Of a DNA stretch of 64,000 bases, positions 30,816-40,961 are shown piece after piece; the first letter of the stretch is position 1; every line of letters starts with the position of its first letter. Source of the stretch: an uncultured bacterium (GTDB lineage Bacteria; Acidobacteriota; HRBIN11; JAKEFK01); assembly GCA_963777505.1 (NCBI GenBank), contig CAVZQN010000004.1, forward strand, positions 256,001-320,000, written 5' to 3'. The translations under genes were made by a program, and so were the position numbers. The notes beneath the pieces were generated by a model. The model was not told the origin of the DNA and did no database searches. It worked only from the letters and a program-made list of their open reading frames with translations.

Positions 30816-32033
30816 ATGTTGAGTCTGGCATTAGCCGCTCGTAACTTATTCCGGCATAGAATCCGCTCTGCGATCGCTTTTTCCGCTTTGATTTTCGGAG
30901 TGATTTCACTTCTGTTGAGTGGTGGTTTCATTGACTGGATATATTGGGCTCTGCGTGAATCAACGATTCAGAATTTAATCGGCCACATTCAAGCTGTTCG
31001 TCCCGGCTACTATAAAAAGGGTGCAGCGGATCCTTTTGTTTTTCTCCTTCCAGAAAATTCGCGGGAGCTTGAAACAATTCAATCGAATCCACATGTGAAA
31101 ACTGTCACCCCGCGATTAACCTTTGGCGGCCTTATCAGTCTTGGCGAAAATACGATTTCGTTTTTAGGTCAAGGTGTTATTCCTGAAAAAGAAACATCAG
31201 TTAGCGAAGCTTTCGTAATTCTAAAAGGCAAGAATTTGACATCACAGGATCCAAAAGGTGTGATCCTTGGTCAAGGACTGGCAGAAAATATGCAGGCTGA
31301 ACCTGGTGACAATGTAATTTTTGTGACAACGAATGAATCAGGCGGCATTAATGCAGTTGAAGGGCATGTGAGAGGAATTTTTTCAACGATGACCAAGCCT
31401 TTTGATGATGCCGCGTTGAGAATGCCAATCTCGCTGGCTCGCGAACTCCTTGGCGTTCGTGGTTCGCATTCATGGGTGATTCTTCTGGACAAAACTGAAA
31501 ACACCGATTCCACTCTCGCAGCATTAAGATCCAGTATTAAAGAATCTGAACTTGAATTTGTTCCATGGATCAAGCTGGCTGACTTTTATGAAAAAACCGT
31601 TGATCTATTTTCGCGTCAAATGAATGTGGTCCAGATCATCATTGCACTGATCATCATTCTGAGCATTTCAAACACACTGACGAAAAATGTATTGGAACGT
31701 ACAAATGAAATCGGCACATTAATGGCGATGGGGATGAGACGTCGAAAAGTTTTGAAACTCTTTCTAACGGAAGGGATACTACTGGGTGTAATTGGAGGTT
31801 TGATCGGGTTGATTGTTGGTACTATTTTGGCGCACATCATTTCCAGTATTGGAATTCCGATGCCACCACCTCCAGGATCATCGCGAGGATTCACCGGGAA
31901 AATACGTCTGAGCTGGACTCTTGCTGCAACGGCTTATCTTCTTGCGGTTAGCACTGCAACATTTGCGAGCCTATTTCCAGCATGGAAAGCATCTCGCATC
32001 AATATCATCGATGCATTGAGACACAACCGATAG
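30816..32033 (+). CDS. MacB/LolE-like ABC permease
   Basis: ARNLFR, periplasmic domain, ERTNEIGTLMAMG, PAWKAS...DALR. Confidence 0.9.
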   Translation: MLSLALAARNLFRHRIRSAIAFSALIFGVISLLLSGGFIDWIYWALRESTIQNLIGHIQAVRPGYYKKGAADPFVFLLPENSRELETIQSNPHVKTVTPRLTFGGLISLGENTISFLGQGVIPEKETSVSEAFVILKGKNLTSQDPKGVILGQGLAENMQAEPGDNVIFVTTNESGGINAVEGHVRGIFSTMTKPFDDAALRMPISLARELLGVRGSHSWVILLDKTENTDSTLAALRSSIKESELEFVPWIKLADFYEKTVDLFSRQMNVVQIIIALIIILSISNTLTKNVLERTNEIGTLMAMGMRRRKVLKLFLTEGILLGVIGGLIGLIVGTILAHIISSIGIPMPPPPGSSRGFTGKIRLSWTLAATAYLLAVSTATFASLFPAWKASRINIIDALRHNR

Positions 32034-32036
32034 ATT

Positions 32037-33251
32037 ATGTGGAAATTAGCATTTCGAAATATTTTCCGGCAAAAGATTCGTACTGGATTGACCTTGCTTG
32101 CCATTATCGCAGGCGTCATCGCAAATATTTTTGCAGGTGGATTTATTCAAGACATTCTAAATCAGGTGAAAGATGCGACTATCCGGTCACGATTAGGTCA
32201 TCTACAAGTATACAAATCCGGGTTTTATACGAAAGGACGCCGTGCACCATTCAAATACATGATTGAAAATCCGCAAGAAAGTATTTCTGAATTCCAACAG
32301 ATCAAACATGTAAATGACGTCCTGCCTCGTATTTATTTTTCTGGTCTACTCAGTAATAACCGCACAAACTTTTCGGTAATAGGTGAAGGAGTTGATGCAG
32401 ATAAGGAAACCAGGCTCGCAGGACGCTATGTCAACATTACGTCTGGACGCCAACTCACGGATGAAGATCCATACGGAATGATGATAGGCGAAGGTGTGAG
32501 CACTTCACTCAATCTCAAACCTGGCGATGATGTTGTTCTTCTAGTGAATACTCCTGATGGAGCATTAAACAGTCTCGATTTTACAATTGTCGGAGTATTT
32601 CAAACGATGCTTGCCAAAGATTACGACGATCGCGCTGTTCGCATTGGCGTGTCTGCAGCGCAAGAACTCCTGGCGACAAACAAAATGCATTCACTCGTTT
32701 TTGTTCTGGATAATGCCGAGTCTACAAAGGATGTAGCTTTAAGTCTGAAACCATATCTCAACGAAGGCAAATTTGAAATGAAAAGCTGGATGGAGCTTGC
32801 AGATTTTTATACGAAAGTTGTCGCAATGTACAAAAGACAATTCGGTATTTTGCAGCTCATCATTCTGGGAATGGTTCTTTTAAGCGTTGCCAATACTGTA
32901 AATATGACGCTCTATGAACGTGCAGGAGAATTTGGCACTTTGATGGCTTTAGGAAATCGAAGGAATCATATTTTTAAGCTTGCGATTTGCGAAACGCTAA
33001 TCATCGGATTGATGGGTAGTATTCTTGGAGCCGTACTTGGAATCTTGTTCGCATCTCTCATTTCTTCTGTTGGGATTCCAATGCCTCCACCTCCAAATTC
33101 AAACGCTCCATGGACAGCTTCAATTCAGATCGTTCCATCGGTTGTAATTTGGGCATTCGGTGTGGGTCTCGTTGCTAGTTGTGCCGCAGCCGTTCTGCCC
33201 TCATGGCGCATCTCCCGTATGCCCGTAGCAGATGCTCTTCAGCAAAATTAA
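32037..33251 (+). CDS. MacB/LolE-like ABC permease (paralog)
   Basis: AFRNIFR, ERAGEFGTLMALG, PMPPPP. Confidence 0.9.
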   Translation: MWKLAFRNIFRQKIRTGLTLLAIIAGVIANIFAGGFIQDILNQVKDATIRSRLGHLQVYKSGFYTKGRRAPFKYMIENPQESISEFQQIKHVNDVLPRIYFSGLLSNNRTNFSVIGEGVDADKETRLAGRYVNITSGRQLTDEDPYGMMIGEGVSTSLNLKPGDDVVLLVNTPDGALNSLDFTIVGVFQTMLAKDYDDRAVRIGVSAAQELLATNKMHSLVFVLDNAESTKDVALSLKPYLNEGKFEMKSWMELADFYTKVVAMYKRQFGILQLIILGMVLLSVANTVNMTLYERAGEFGTLMALGNRRNHIFKLAICETLIIGLMGSILGAVLGILFASLISSVGIPMPPPPNSNAPWTASIQIVPSVVIWAFGVGLVASCAAAVLPSWRISRMPVADALQQN

Positions 33252-33260
33252 CACTCGTTT

Positions 33261-33500
33261 GCCGCCAAGACGCCAAGCCGCCAAGAAATTAATTTAGGAT
33301 TGGTTTCCATGAAATGGCACACGGATTTTTACGGATTGAACGGATTTTCAATGATCCATTAAGGTATCTGATTCACTGTTTGGAGCACGAAATATTGCGC
33401 TTGAGTTAAATCAGTGAGGATCCGTTAGATCCGTCTGAATCAGTGTCCTATACTTTTTTGTGCTGTTCTCTTGGCGTCATGGCGCCTTGGCGGTTGAGCT
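33261..33500. repeat. Nested inverted short tandem repeats between convergent genes
   Basis: (cgccaag)x3 at left against (cttggcg)-like x3 at right; inner acggatt/atccgt inverted repeats. Confidence 0.6.
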
Positions 33501-33503
33501 GAG

Positions 33504-34247
33504 CTAGTACAGTTTTTTCAGGTAGTCTTTGGTGAAGTATTTTTCAGGCAGGTCGCGCATCAGAAAGCCGCTATATTCCAGCACCGACTTTTCACCTTTC
33601 AATGCATCTTCCATGACAAGTGTAGTCGGACGCAACGCGCCTACAACTTGTGAAAACATTTGATACCAGCAAGTTTTTAGGTGCCGTCCGGAAATTGTAT
33701 AAAACTCGGCTTTATAGGGCCGGTAATCCGTCGCATGAATCCAGTACAAGACTCGATGATAGGTAACGCCACGATCTTTTGCAGTTAGTTCCAGCACATA
33801 GTATTGGCTGTCTTCGATGTTTTCATTGCGAAGTATTTTAGGCGCATAGTCGCCGGAAAAATTACTGCGCGCAAGGTCTCCATAAGAAACCTGGCCTGTC
33901 AGGCGTTGAGAAAGTGGAAGCCGGATTGCTTGCGAAACTTTTGGCGTAAAGAACCACAAGTCTTGATCCCGCATCAAAAGAATTTGACCACGTTCTGCGG
34001 CGGGAGCAGTTGTAATCACCGTAGTCCTTTCATTGCCTTTACAAAGAATTTGATATTGCTCAACAGAAGGTTGTTTTTCGGTGGAAGAAGTTGTGATCTT
34101 CACATTCACTTGAAAAGGATCTCGCGGAAAACGGATTTCGTCAGCACGTGCCAGAATGTTTTTTGCCAAATCCTCATCTTGAGCGCCTGCTGATTGAAGG
34201 AAGATAGCGATTGAAAAGATCGCAAATACAGCGCGAAGCATGGTCAT
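33504..34247 (-). CDS. LolA-like outer-membrane lipoprotein-sorting protein
   Basis: Signal peptide, PAAERGQILLM, QRLTGQVSYGDLA, YVLELTAK, FTKDYL. Confidence 0.82.
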   Translation of the reverse strand: MTMLRAVFAIFSIAIFLQSAGAQDEDLAKNILARADEIRFPRDPFQVNVKITTSSTEKQPSVEQYQILCKGNERTTVITTAPAAERGQILLMRDQDLWFFTPKVSQAIRLPLSQRLTGQVSYGDLARSNFSGDYAPKILRNENIEDSQYYVLELTAKDRGVTYHRVLYWIHATDYRPYKAEFYTISGRHLKTCWYQMFSQVVGALRPTTLVMEDALKGEKSVLEYSGFLMRDLPEKYFTKDYLKKLY

Positions 34248-34357
34248 GATTTTCCATACTCAGTGAAATGCTGTCAAGGAGATCATTTGATATTCAACTC
34301 TAAACTTATATATTAGAGAATATTTCGTATCACGTTGCTTTTGAACGATCAAACTTT

Positions 34358-35200
34358 ATGTGGTCAAAACTCACTTCAGTATTCAGTGCTCGTCCCGTCA
34401 TTGTTGACAAGAAGGTCTTGAACCTTTCGGTCAAAATTCCGAAGACCATGCCAACAGATCAAGCAGACTACGATGATGCCTGGATATATGCATTAATGAT
34501 GCAATCGAAGGATATGTTTGATATCGGTTGTAATAATGGTTTTTTTACACTACTTGCCTGCCTGACAGACCATTCGCGAAAGGTCGTCGCAGCTGATGCC
34601 AGTCCAGAAGTTTTATCTCTTGCGGCTGAAGTTCTCTTTCTCAATGGAATTTCAGAACAAGTACATTTTGTTTTAGGCTTTATTAGCGACAAAGAGGATG
34701 AGGAACAGTTATTTTATACAACTGCATCTGGTGAGGCGGGAAGTATGTATTCCTCACACGCGAAAACTGCGGCTTCTTTAGGAAACAGAATCTCTGTGAA
34801 AACAACAACCATGGATCGAGTGATGGAAAATACAGGAATTCTTCCTGAGTTCATAAAAATGGACATTGAAGGAGCCGAAAAGTTTGCGTTAGAAGGATCA
34901 AAAAAACTTGCATCTCATCATAAATCCCGTTTTATTGTTGAAGTTCATAGCAACGCAGATCTGTCAATGAAAGAAAACGGTGAAGCAATTTTAAGTTGGT
35001 GTCAAAATGTTGGTTATAGCGCTTATTATCTGAAACACCATGCAATACTCAATTCGGTCGATGTAATTGAACATCGCGGGCGATGTCATCTGCTATTGCA
35101 ACCTGCAGACTGGATCTATCCAGAATACCTGCACGAAATTCAACAAAATGATTCTTTGGAAAAGGCTCACAGTGTTTTGAAAAAACACGGATTAGCTTAG
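34358..35200 (+). CDS. FkbM family methyltransferase
   Basis: FDIGCNNG motif I, TTTMD, IKMDIEGAE. Confidence 0.88.
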   Translation: MWSKLTSVFSARPVIVDKKVLNLSVKIPKTMPTDQADYDDAWIYALMMQSKDMFDIGCNNGFFTLLACLTDHSRKVVAADASPEVLSLAAEVLFLNGISEQVHFVLGFISDKEDEEQLFYTTASGEAGSMYSSHAKTAASLGNRISVKTTTMDRVMENTGILPEFIKMDIEGAEKFALEGSKKLASHHKSRFIVEVHSNADLSMKENGEAILSWCQNVGYSAYYLKHHAILNSVDVIEHRGRCHLLLQPADWIYPEYLHEIQQNDSLEKAHSVLKKHGLA

Positions 35201-35260
35201 GGATTTGTACGCGCTCGGCGCAATCTTGGCAGACGCGCGGTCCTTATGCAGACGGGACGT

Positions 35261-35767
35261 TCACTGCACTCTTGTAAATGTTTCCTCTTCGACCATCTTG
35301 TCTGCTCCTTTCTCGCGGAAAGTCCATTTACTTATGAAGTGATTATTGTCAATGAATCGAAATTCCGCTTTATACATATGGCCCTTTTGCAGATCAGGTA
35401 GATTCGTCGCATCAAGAAAATCAAAATTGATTTCCTTTGCATCATCGCTGATTGAAACGGCACGCATTCGTGGTTGATTCTGTGCGATGCAATAATGTGT
35501 GAGCATCAGCTGATTTCCATCCAGATGATACAAGGTGATCATCTCCATGTTGTTTTCCTTGCTCATCGTAAAAGTTTCTTGGACCGCGCTTCCTCCGGCA
35601 ACAATTTCATAAACGGCCTTCCGAGCTTCACCATCTTTTGAAGAAGACGTCCATGTTCCTTCTAAAGATTTGAACGCATCCAAAGCGGCTTTCGCCTTTG
35701 CGTCATCCGTAGCAAAAAGAAATGAATAGTTCAGCAGGATCAAAATCAAAGGAATCAAAGTTCTCAT
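35261..35767 (-). CDS. Conserved hypothetical secreted beta-barrel-like protein
   Basis: Signal peptide, LEGTW, LTHYCIAQNQPRM, GHM. Confidence 0.7.
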   Translation of the reverse strand: MRTLIPLILILLNYSFLFATDDAKAKAALDAFKSLEGTWTSSSKDGEARKAVYEIVAGGSAVQETFTMSKENNMEMITLYHLDGNQLMLTHYCIAQNQPRMRAVSISDDAKEINFDFLDATNLPDLQKGHMYKAEFRFIDNNHFISKWTFREKGADKMVEEETFTRVQ

Positions 35768-35836
35768 AGTCACCTCGCTAATGCCACTAAGACGAAGCAC
35801 ATGCCATTAAATCGACACTCCAGGTCGGTTGGGAAA

Positions 35837-38512
35837 TTATTCGTATCGCAACGCGCTGAGAGGATCGATACGAATAGCGCGACGAGCGGGGATTACACAA
35901 GCGAGGATGGCTATAGCCAGCAAAAATGCGCTAACTGCGAAATAGGTGAATGGATCTAGTGGATGTATCTCAAATAAAAGGGTCCTAAGATAGCGTGTTA
36001 AGAGAAAGGCTCCGATAACACCCAGAACGATTCCTGCGAGTGTCAGTTGTACACCGTGACCGGTAATCAACTTTAAGATATCCGCTTTCTGCGCACCGAG
36101 CGCCATGCGAATTCCTATCTCGTTTGTACGTTTCAAAGTAATGAAACTGATCAGGCCGTAGATTCCAAGTGCCGAAAGGAACACTGCAACCGCAGCGAAA
36201 ATCAAAAGTAATATCAACTGAAATCTGCGTTGAGTCAGCGAATCGCTCACAAGCTGTTCCATGGTTACGACTCTGTAAAAGGGTAAAGTGCGGTCTACAC
36301 TCCAAACTGCTGACTTCAACGCAGGGATCAATGTGTTTGCATCGGTCAATGTTCGAACCACAAAAATAGCGGCTCCGGAAGGCGATTTGCCATAAGGGAT
36401 GAAAAATTCCGGCCTTTGTTCTTGATCGAGTCCATCATGACGCAAACTACCAACGACTCCAATTACTTCAAGCGTGGCTGGTTTTTGCCTGAATTGAGTT
36501 TGAATCTTTTTCCCGATTGCATCTTCTCCAAGATTTAGCTTACGTGCCATCGCCTCGTTAATGATTATTCTGAAAGGTCCATTTTGGTGATCAGTCTGAT
36601 TGAACATGCGTCCTTGTTTCAGCGGGATCCCCAGAAGTGAAAAATATTCATCCGTTATGATTGTAAGAAACGCTGTATGCTCCTGGCCTGCAGGTAAAGG
36701 TTGACCCTCTACTGTAATCGGATAGGACGAGTCGGAACTACTTTCAAAAAAGGGAAGTGCCGTCGTTACCCCAACTGCTTTTACACCAGGTACGTTTTTC
36801 AAACGGGAGATTGCCTCACGTGTAAAATTCAAACGCGTCTCAGGCTCATCATAATGGCCATATAGAAATACTTGCATCGCTACAACGCTTTCTCTGACAA
36901 ATCCTGGATTTACATTCAGCAAATTGATCAGACTGCGGAAAAATAATCCTGCACCAATCAACAACACAATCGCAATTGCAACCTGAGAAACTACAAGCGC
37001 GTTCCGTAATTGCTGCCGGAACCGCCCTGCTGCCATGATTGTTCCTGATCCTTCTTTTAACGAATGCTGCAAATCGAAACGCGAAGCGTGGAGGGCTGGA
37101 ATCAAGCCAAATAAAATTGCGTTTATAAATGAAAGGCCTGTCGCAAATCCAAGCACAACAGGATCCAACTTCATTGTGTCCATGCGTGGGATGTTATCTG
37201 GACCAATTGCGATCATGATTCCCATCGCCCACTTTGCAACAAGTATTCCCATTGCACAGCCGAAAATCGCAAGGATCAAATTTTCAATCATCAATTGTTG
37301 AACAATATTGAACCGGCTGGCTCCCAGCGCTAAACGAACGGCAATCTCACGCTGCCGTTCAGAGCCTCGTGCAAGTTGCAGATTTGCCAGATTCGCGCAT
37401 CCAATCAAAACGACAAGTCCAACAGCTCCCAACAATACAAGTAACGCAACTCTGACATTGCTGATGAAGTGCTCACGGATCGGAACAACATTGATTTTAA
37501 TGCCCTGATTTGTTTGTGGATGCTCTTTTGCAAGCTGTGATGCAATTGTGTTCATCGCCGATTGCGCTTGCTTCAAACTCACTCCAGGTTTCAGGCGCGC
37601 AATTACTTTTAAATACGTCGCCCTGCGTTGATACTTCCAATCCTCTTCTGTTGGTTGCGGTAGAAATGCTTCTTTTTCCGGATTGTTTAAGTAAAGCCGG
37701 AACTCGGGAGGCATGACTCCGATAATTGTTATTGGTTGATCTTCCAATGTAAGAGTGCGGCCGATAACGGAACGATCGCCGCCGAATCTGCGCTGCCATA
37801 ATCCATAGCTGAGCACAACAACATTGTTACGTCCTTCTTGATATTCTTCGGGTAAAAACGTCCGTCCATACAACGGCCTTACACCAAGTATTTCAAAGAA
37901 GCCATTAGAAACGAGGGCACTTAACCAGGTTTCAGGTTCCGCCGCGCCTGTATAGTCCAGACCCTCTGGTCGAAATGATGCGATCGTTTCGAAAACGTGC
38001 TGCCGTTCTTGCCAATCCAAAAAATTCGCTGGGGAGACGTCATCGCGTTCGATTCCATCTTTGACATTGTTTTCCCAAATTGTAACGATGCCATCCGGAT
38101 TATGGAATGGCAGCGGACGGAGAAGCACGCTGTTTACGGCGCTGAAAATCGCAGTGTTGGCGCCAATTCCAATGGCAAGTGCAAGAGTTGCTGCTATAAA
38201 AAAGCCTGGCTTTTTTAGAAGAACTCGCATTCCATATTTCCCATCGTTCAAAAGTCTCGACATCCATTCCTCTGACTTGCGAGATTTTTGAACTGGAGTA
38301 ACCGGCTTTGGTTTTTGTGGAAATATCCAATGAAGAATTTGCAACCAGTACCAGGATCGCGCGCGTCTAATGCCATTATGAGAATCAGCGCGTCTTCGAA
38401 ATTCTTCTTCAAGGTCACCCAATACGAATTCACGAATGTTTTTAGGAATGAATAATTGCAAAAACCAGCGTGCCAATTTGGGTGGCGGTAAGTCGCGACG
38501 CTTATCAGTCAT
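35837..38512 (-). CDS. ADOP-type duplicated ABC permease with permease-prefix domain
   Basis: PPKLARW...GDLEEEF prefix, LAIGIGANTAIFS, duplicated MacB/FtsX modules (REIAVRLALGA, NEIGIRMALGA). Confidence 0.93.
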   Translation of the reverse strand: MTDKRRDLPPPKLARWFLQLFIPKNIREFVLGDLEEEFRRRADSHNGIRRARSWYWLQILHWIFPQKPKPVTPVQKSRKSEEWMSRLLNDGKYGMRVLLKKPGFFIAATLALAIGIGANTAIFSAVNSVLLRPLPFHNPDGIVTIWENNVKDGIERDDVSPANFLDWQERQHVFETIASFRPEGLDYTGAAEPETWLSALVSNGFFEILGVRPLYGRTFLPEEYQEGRNNVVVLSYGLWQRRFGGDRSVIGRTLTLEDQPITIIGVMPPEFRLYLNNPEKEAFLPQPTEEDWKYQRRATYLKVIARLKPGVSLKQAQSAMNTIASQLAKEHPQTNQGIKINVVPIREHFISNVRVALLVLLGAVGLVVLIGCANLANLQLARGSERQREIAVRLALGASRFNIVQQLMIENLILAIFGCAMGILVAKWAMGIMIAIGPDNIPRMDTMKLDPVVLGFATGLSFINAILFGLIPALHASRFDLQHSLKEGSGTIMAAGRFRQQLRNALVVSQVAIAIVLLIGAGLFFRSLINLLNVNPGFVRESVVAMQVFLYGHYDEPETRLNFTREAISRLKNVPGVKAVGVTTALPFFESSSDSSYPITVEGQPLPAGQEHTAFLTIITDEYFSLLGIPLKQGRMFNQTDHQNGPFRIIINEAMARKLNLGEDAIGKKIQTQFRQKPATLEVIGVVGSLRHDGLDQEQRPEFFIPYGKSPSGAAIFVVRTLTDANTLIPALKSAVWSVDRTLPFYRVVTMEQLVSDSLTQRRFQLILLLIFAAVAVFLSALGIYGLISFITLKRTNEIGIRMALGAQKADILKLITGHGVQLTLAGIVLGVIGAFLLTRYLRTLLFEIHPLDPFTYFAVSAFLLAIAILACVIPARRAIRIDPLSALRYE

Positions 38513-38835
38513 AATTTTCCTAATTGTTTTTCAAGACCCGAAATCATTCCTTTAAACGCTCTGTAGGATTCTGCCAATGCTTCCTCGCCTAATGGTTCAA
38601 GCGAAAAATATTTCTTGCGGCGTCCGCCTCGCTGCGGTGTAGGTTCTCCAACACGCGACTGAATCAGCCCTTGCTCTTCCAGTCGATCCAGAGTTGTATA
38701 CAGCGCACCAATTGAAATTTCCCGCTCTGTGCGTTTTTCAATCTCCTCACGGATTGTTGTACCGTACGCATTTTCACGCAGACGCAATAATGCAAGCAAC
38801 ACAAGCTGCTCAAATTCACCTAACTTCTTATCCAT
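38509..38835 (-). CDS. PadR family transcriptional regulator
   Basis: LGEFEQLVLLAL, GALYTTLDRLE, RGGRRKKYF; overlaps the ADOP start. Confidence 0.93.
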   Translation of the reverse strand: MDKKLGEFEQLVLLALLRLRENAYGTTIREEIEKRTEREISIGALYTTLDRLEEQGLIQSRVGEPTPQRGGRRKKYFSLEPLGEEALAESYRAFKGMISGLEKQLGKL

Positions 38836-38858
38836 ATATTCTACAATGTAGAATATAT
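38834..38858. promoter_or_regulatory. Candidate PadR operator
   Basis: Perfect 12-bp inverted repeat atatattctaca-a-tgtagaatatat overlapping the padR start codon. Confidence 0.65.
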
Positions 38859-39102
38859 CGTTTTGTGTTGTCAAGTCCGTGTGTAAGGTGTTCAGCTTTT
38901 GAACAATTAATGTCATGGACCAGCTGACAGTTTTTGTTCGATCAACACTCGTTATGATTCGATTTGGTGGCTGTACAGTTTTTATTTCCAAAACCCGTAA
39001 GTCGTTGAGTCAAAGAGTCATACGCTGAGGAGTTGTACAGTAATAAGCCGTAACACCGAGGGTTGAGATTTGATTTATTGACGAGAATCATGCGGGTATT
39101 CT

Positions 39103-39119
39103 CTGGCATATCTCTTGCT
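39103..39119 (+). promoter_or_regulatory. Candidate sigma54 (-24/-12) promoter of the FAS/ADO operon
   Basis: cTGGCAtatctcTTGCt with exact GG-N10-GC spacing, about 120 bp upstream of the first ATG. Confidence 0.6.
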
Positions 39120-39237
39120 CTAACAGAGGTACCAATTGAGGGGTAGTTGGGAAATGGGGGAATAAGAACTGTGGGAGAGTCCCCTGAAAATCATGAGCGT
39201 GAGAGGTTTCGGCGCAGGCAGGAAAAAATAAATTCTC

Positions 39238-40221
39238 ATGTCTGAGCGCCAGGCAAGTCCATTTTGGAATAAGAATTATTGGGCCCTGATCCTAGGAGGA
39301 TCGTCTGGGTTTGGTCTGGCCACTGCAAAAAAATTAGCAAGTTGTGGATTCAATATAGTGCTGGGTCACAAAGATACTCAAGGTCGCGTTGAAAGCGAAT
39401 TGAATTCGCATTTTTCGGAAATTCGAAATCATGGAGTTGAACTGCAAACGTACAATGGCAACCTGACACAGGATGAGGAACGAGGCAGTCTCTTTGCAAT
39501 CATAGAAAAATCCGTTCCGCGCGAACATCTTTATCTTTTTCTTCATTCGATTGCAGATGGATGCTGCAAGCCATTAATCGAATCTCCCGATCCGCAAACA
39601 AAAAAGCAAGCGATTTCTGAACTCACAAAAACGCTCGTTAACCGCGGAATAGAAATCTCAGAGAAAACCCTCAGCGAAGCAATCAATTATGCCTTTCATG
39701 AAAAGGGATGCGATGCATTTGCAACATTGGCTGACAGCCAGCGTCCATTTCCACAAGAAGAGTTATCAGAATCAGAATTGGCTCGCACTTTGATGATTAT
39801 GGGTTTCGATTTCGCGAATTGGGGACGCGAACTTTTACGCAATAATTTATTTTCGAAAAAGGCCCGGTTACTTGCACTTACCTCAGAAGGCAATTCAAAA
39901 GCATGGCGTGGATATGCGGCAGTCGCTGCCGCAAAAACAGCGCTCGAAGCTCTTTGTCGATCGATGGCACTTGAGTTTGCACCATACGATCTTCGTACTT
40001 GCATCGTTCAACCTGGAATAACAGATACACCAGCCGGCAATAGCATTCCTCACTTTGATTTGATGAAGGCGCAGGCTCGCCTCCGAAATCCATTTCATCG
40101 ATTAACGACTCCGGAGGATGTTGCCAATGCGATTTATGGTTTGTGTCTGCCTCTTTTTGATTGGGTAAATGGAACAGTAATTCGAGTGGATGGTGGAGAG
40201 GCAATTTCATCTTTGAGTTAG
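39238..40221 (+). CDS. FabL/FabI-like enoyl-ACP reductase (SDR) with internal insertion
   Basis: ILGGSSGFG, LHSIA, YAAVAAAK (Y-x6-K), TDTPA, NPFHRLTTPEDVA, VDGG. Confidence 0.8.
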   Translation: MSERQASPFWNKNYWALILGGSSGFGLATAKKLASCGFNIVLGHKDTQGRVESELNSHFSEIRNHGVELQTYNGNLTQDEERGSLFAIIEKSVPREHLYLFLHSIADGCCKPLIESPDPQTKKQAISELTKTLVNRGIEISEKTLSEAINYAFHEKGCDAFATLADSQRPFPQEELSESELARTLMIMGFDFANWGRELLRNNLFSKKARLLALTSEGNSKAWRGYAAVAAAKTALEALCRSMALEFAPYDLRTCIVQPGITDTPAGNSIPHFDLMKAQARLRNPFHRLTTPEDVANAIYGLCLPLFDWVNGTVIRVDGGEAISSLS

Positions 40222-40229
40222 GAAATCAT

Positions 40230-40961
40230 ATGCCGGAACAAGACGTTGCATTAATCACTGGAGCATCAGGAGGAATCGGTCAAGCGATCGCACTCATGCT
40301 TCATAAAAAAAGTAACGGACAACTTAAAATCGGTTTGCATTACAACACCAATCTTGCAGCGGTGCAAAAACTTCAGAATCAAATTCCGCATTCATTTCTT
40401 GTTCAAGCTGATCTTAGCAATAGTCAAGCTTGTGACACCGTACTGAATGAGACAAAAAAATATGGCATCCCATACATCTTGATCAACAATGCAGGCATGA
40501 GTGTTCCTCATGAACCAGCATTGGAAATTCAAAAGTCATCTTTTGAAATGATGATGAATGTTAATTTCAAAACATCGCTTTTTTTAATGCAAAATTTTGC
40601 AAAGGAAATGATCCGTGCAGGATCGGGCATCATCATCAATATCAGTTCGGTATTGGCTCGCCATGGACTTGTAGGCAGTGCAGTCTATAGAGCGACCAAG
40701 GCAGCGCTGGAAGAAACCACCAAACAGTTTGCCTATGAACTTGGAAATAGAGGCATCCGCGTGAATGCCGTCGCTCCAGGTTTTATTGAAACCGCGATGA
40801 CGGCTTCGATTCCATTTGAAAGAAGGGAGTCGATACTTGCCAAAATCAGCAGCGGAAAATTTGGAAGCCCAGAATCGGTTGCAGATGCTGTTGGTTATCT
40901 GATTGAAAATGATTACATCAATGGCGCGGTGCTGCAGGTGGACGGAGGATTGACCCTGTGA
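40230..40961 (+). CDS. fabG: 3-oxoacyl-ACP reductase
   Basis: TGASGGIG, INNAG, NISS, YRATK, VNAVAPGFIET. Confidence 0.85.
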   Translation: MPEQDVALITGASGGIGQAIALMLHKKSNGQLKIGLHYNTNLAAVQKLQNQIPHSFLVQADLSNSQACDTVLNETKKYGIPYILINNAGMSVPHEPALEIQKSSFEMMMNVNFKTSLFLMQNFAKEMIRAGSGIIINISSVLARHGLVGSAVYRATKAALEETTKQFAYELGNRGIRVNAVAPGFIETAMTASIPFERRESILAKISSGKFGSPESVADAVGYLIENDYINGAVLQVDGGLTL

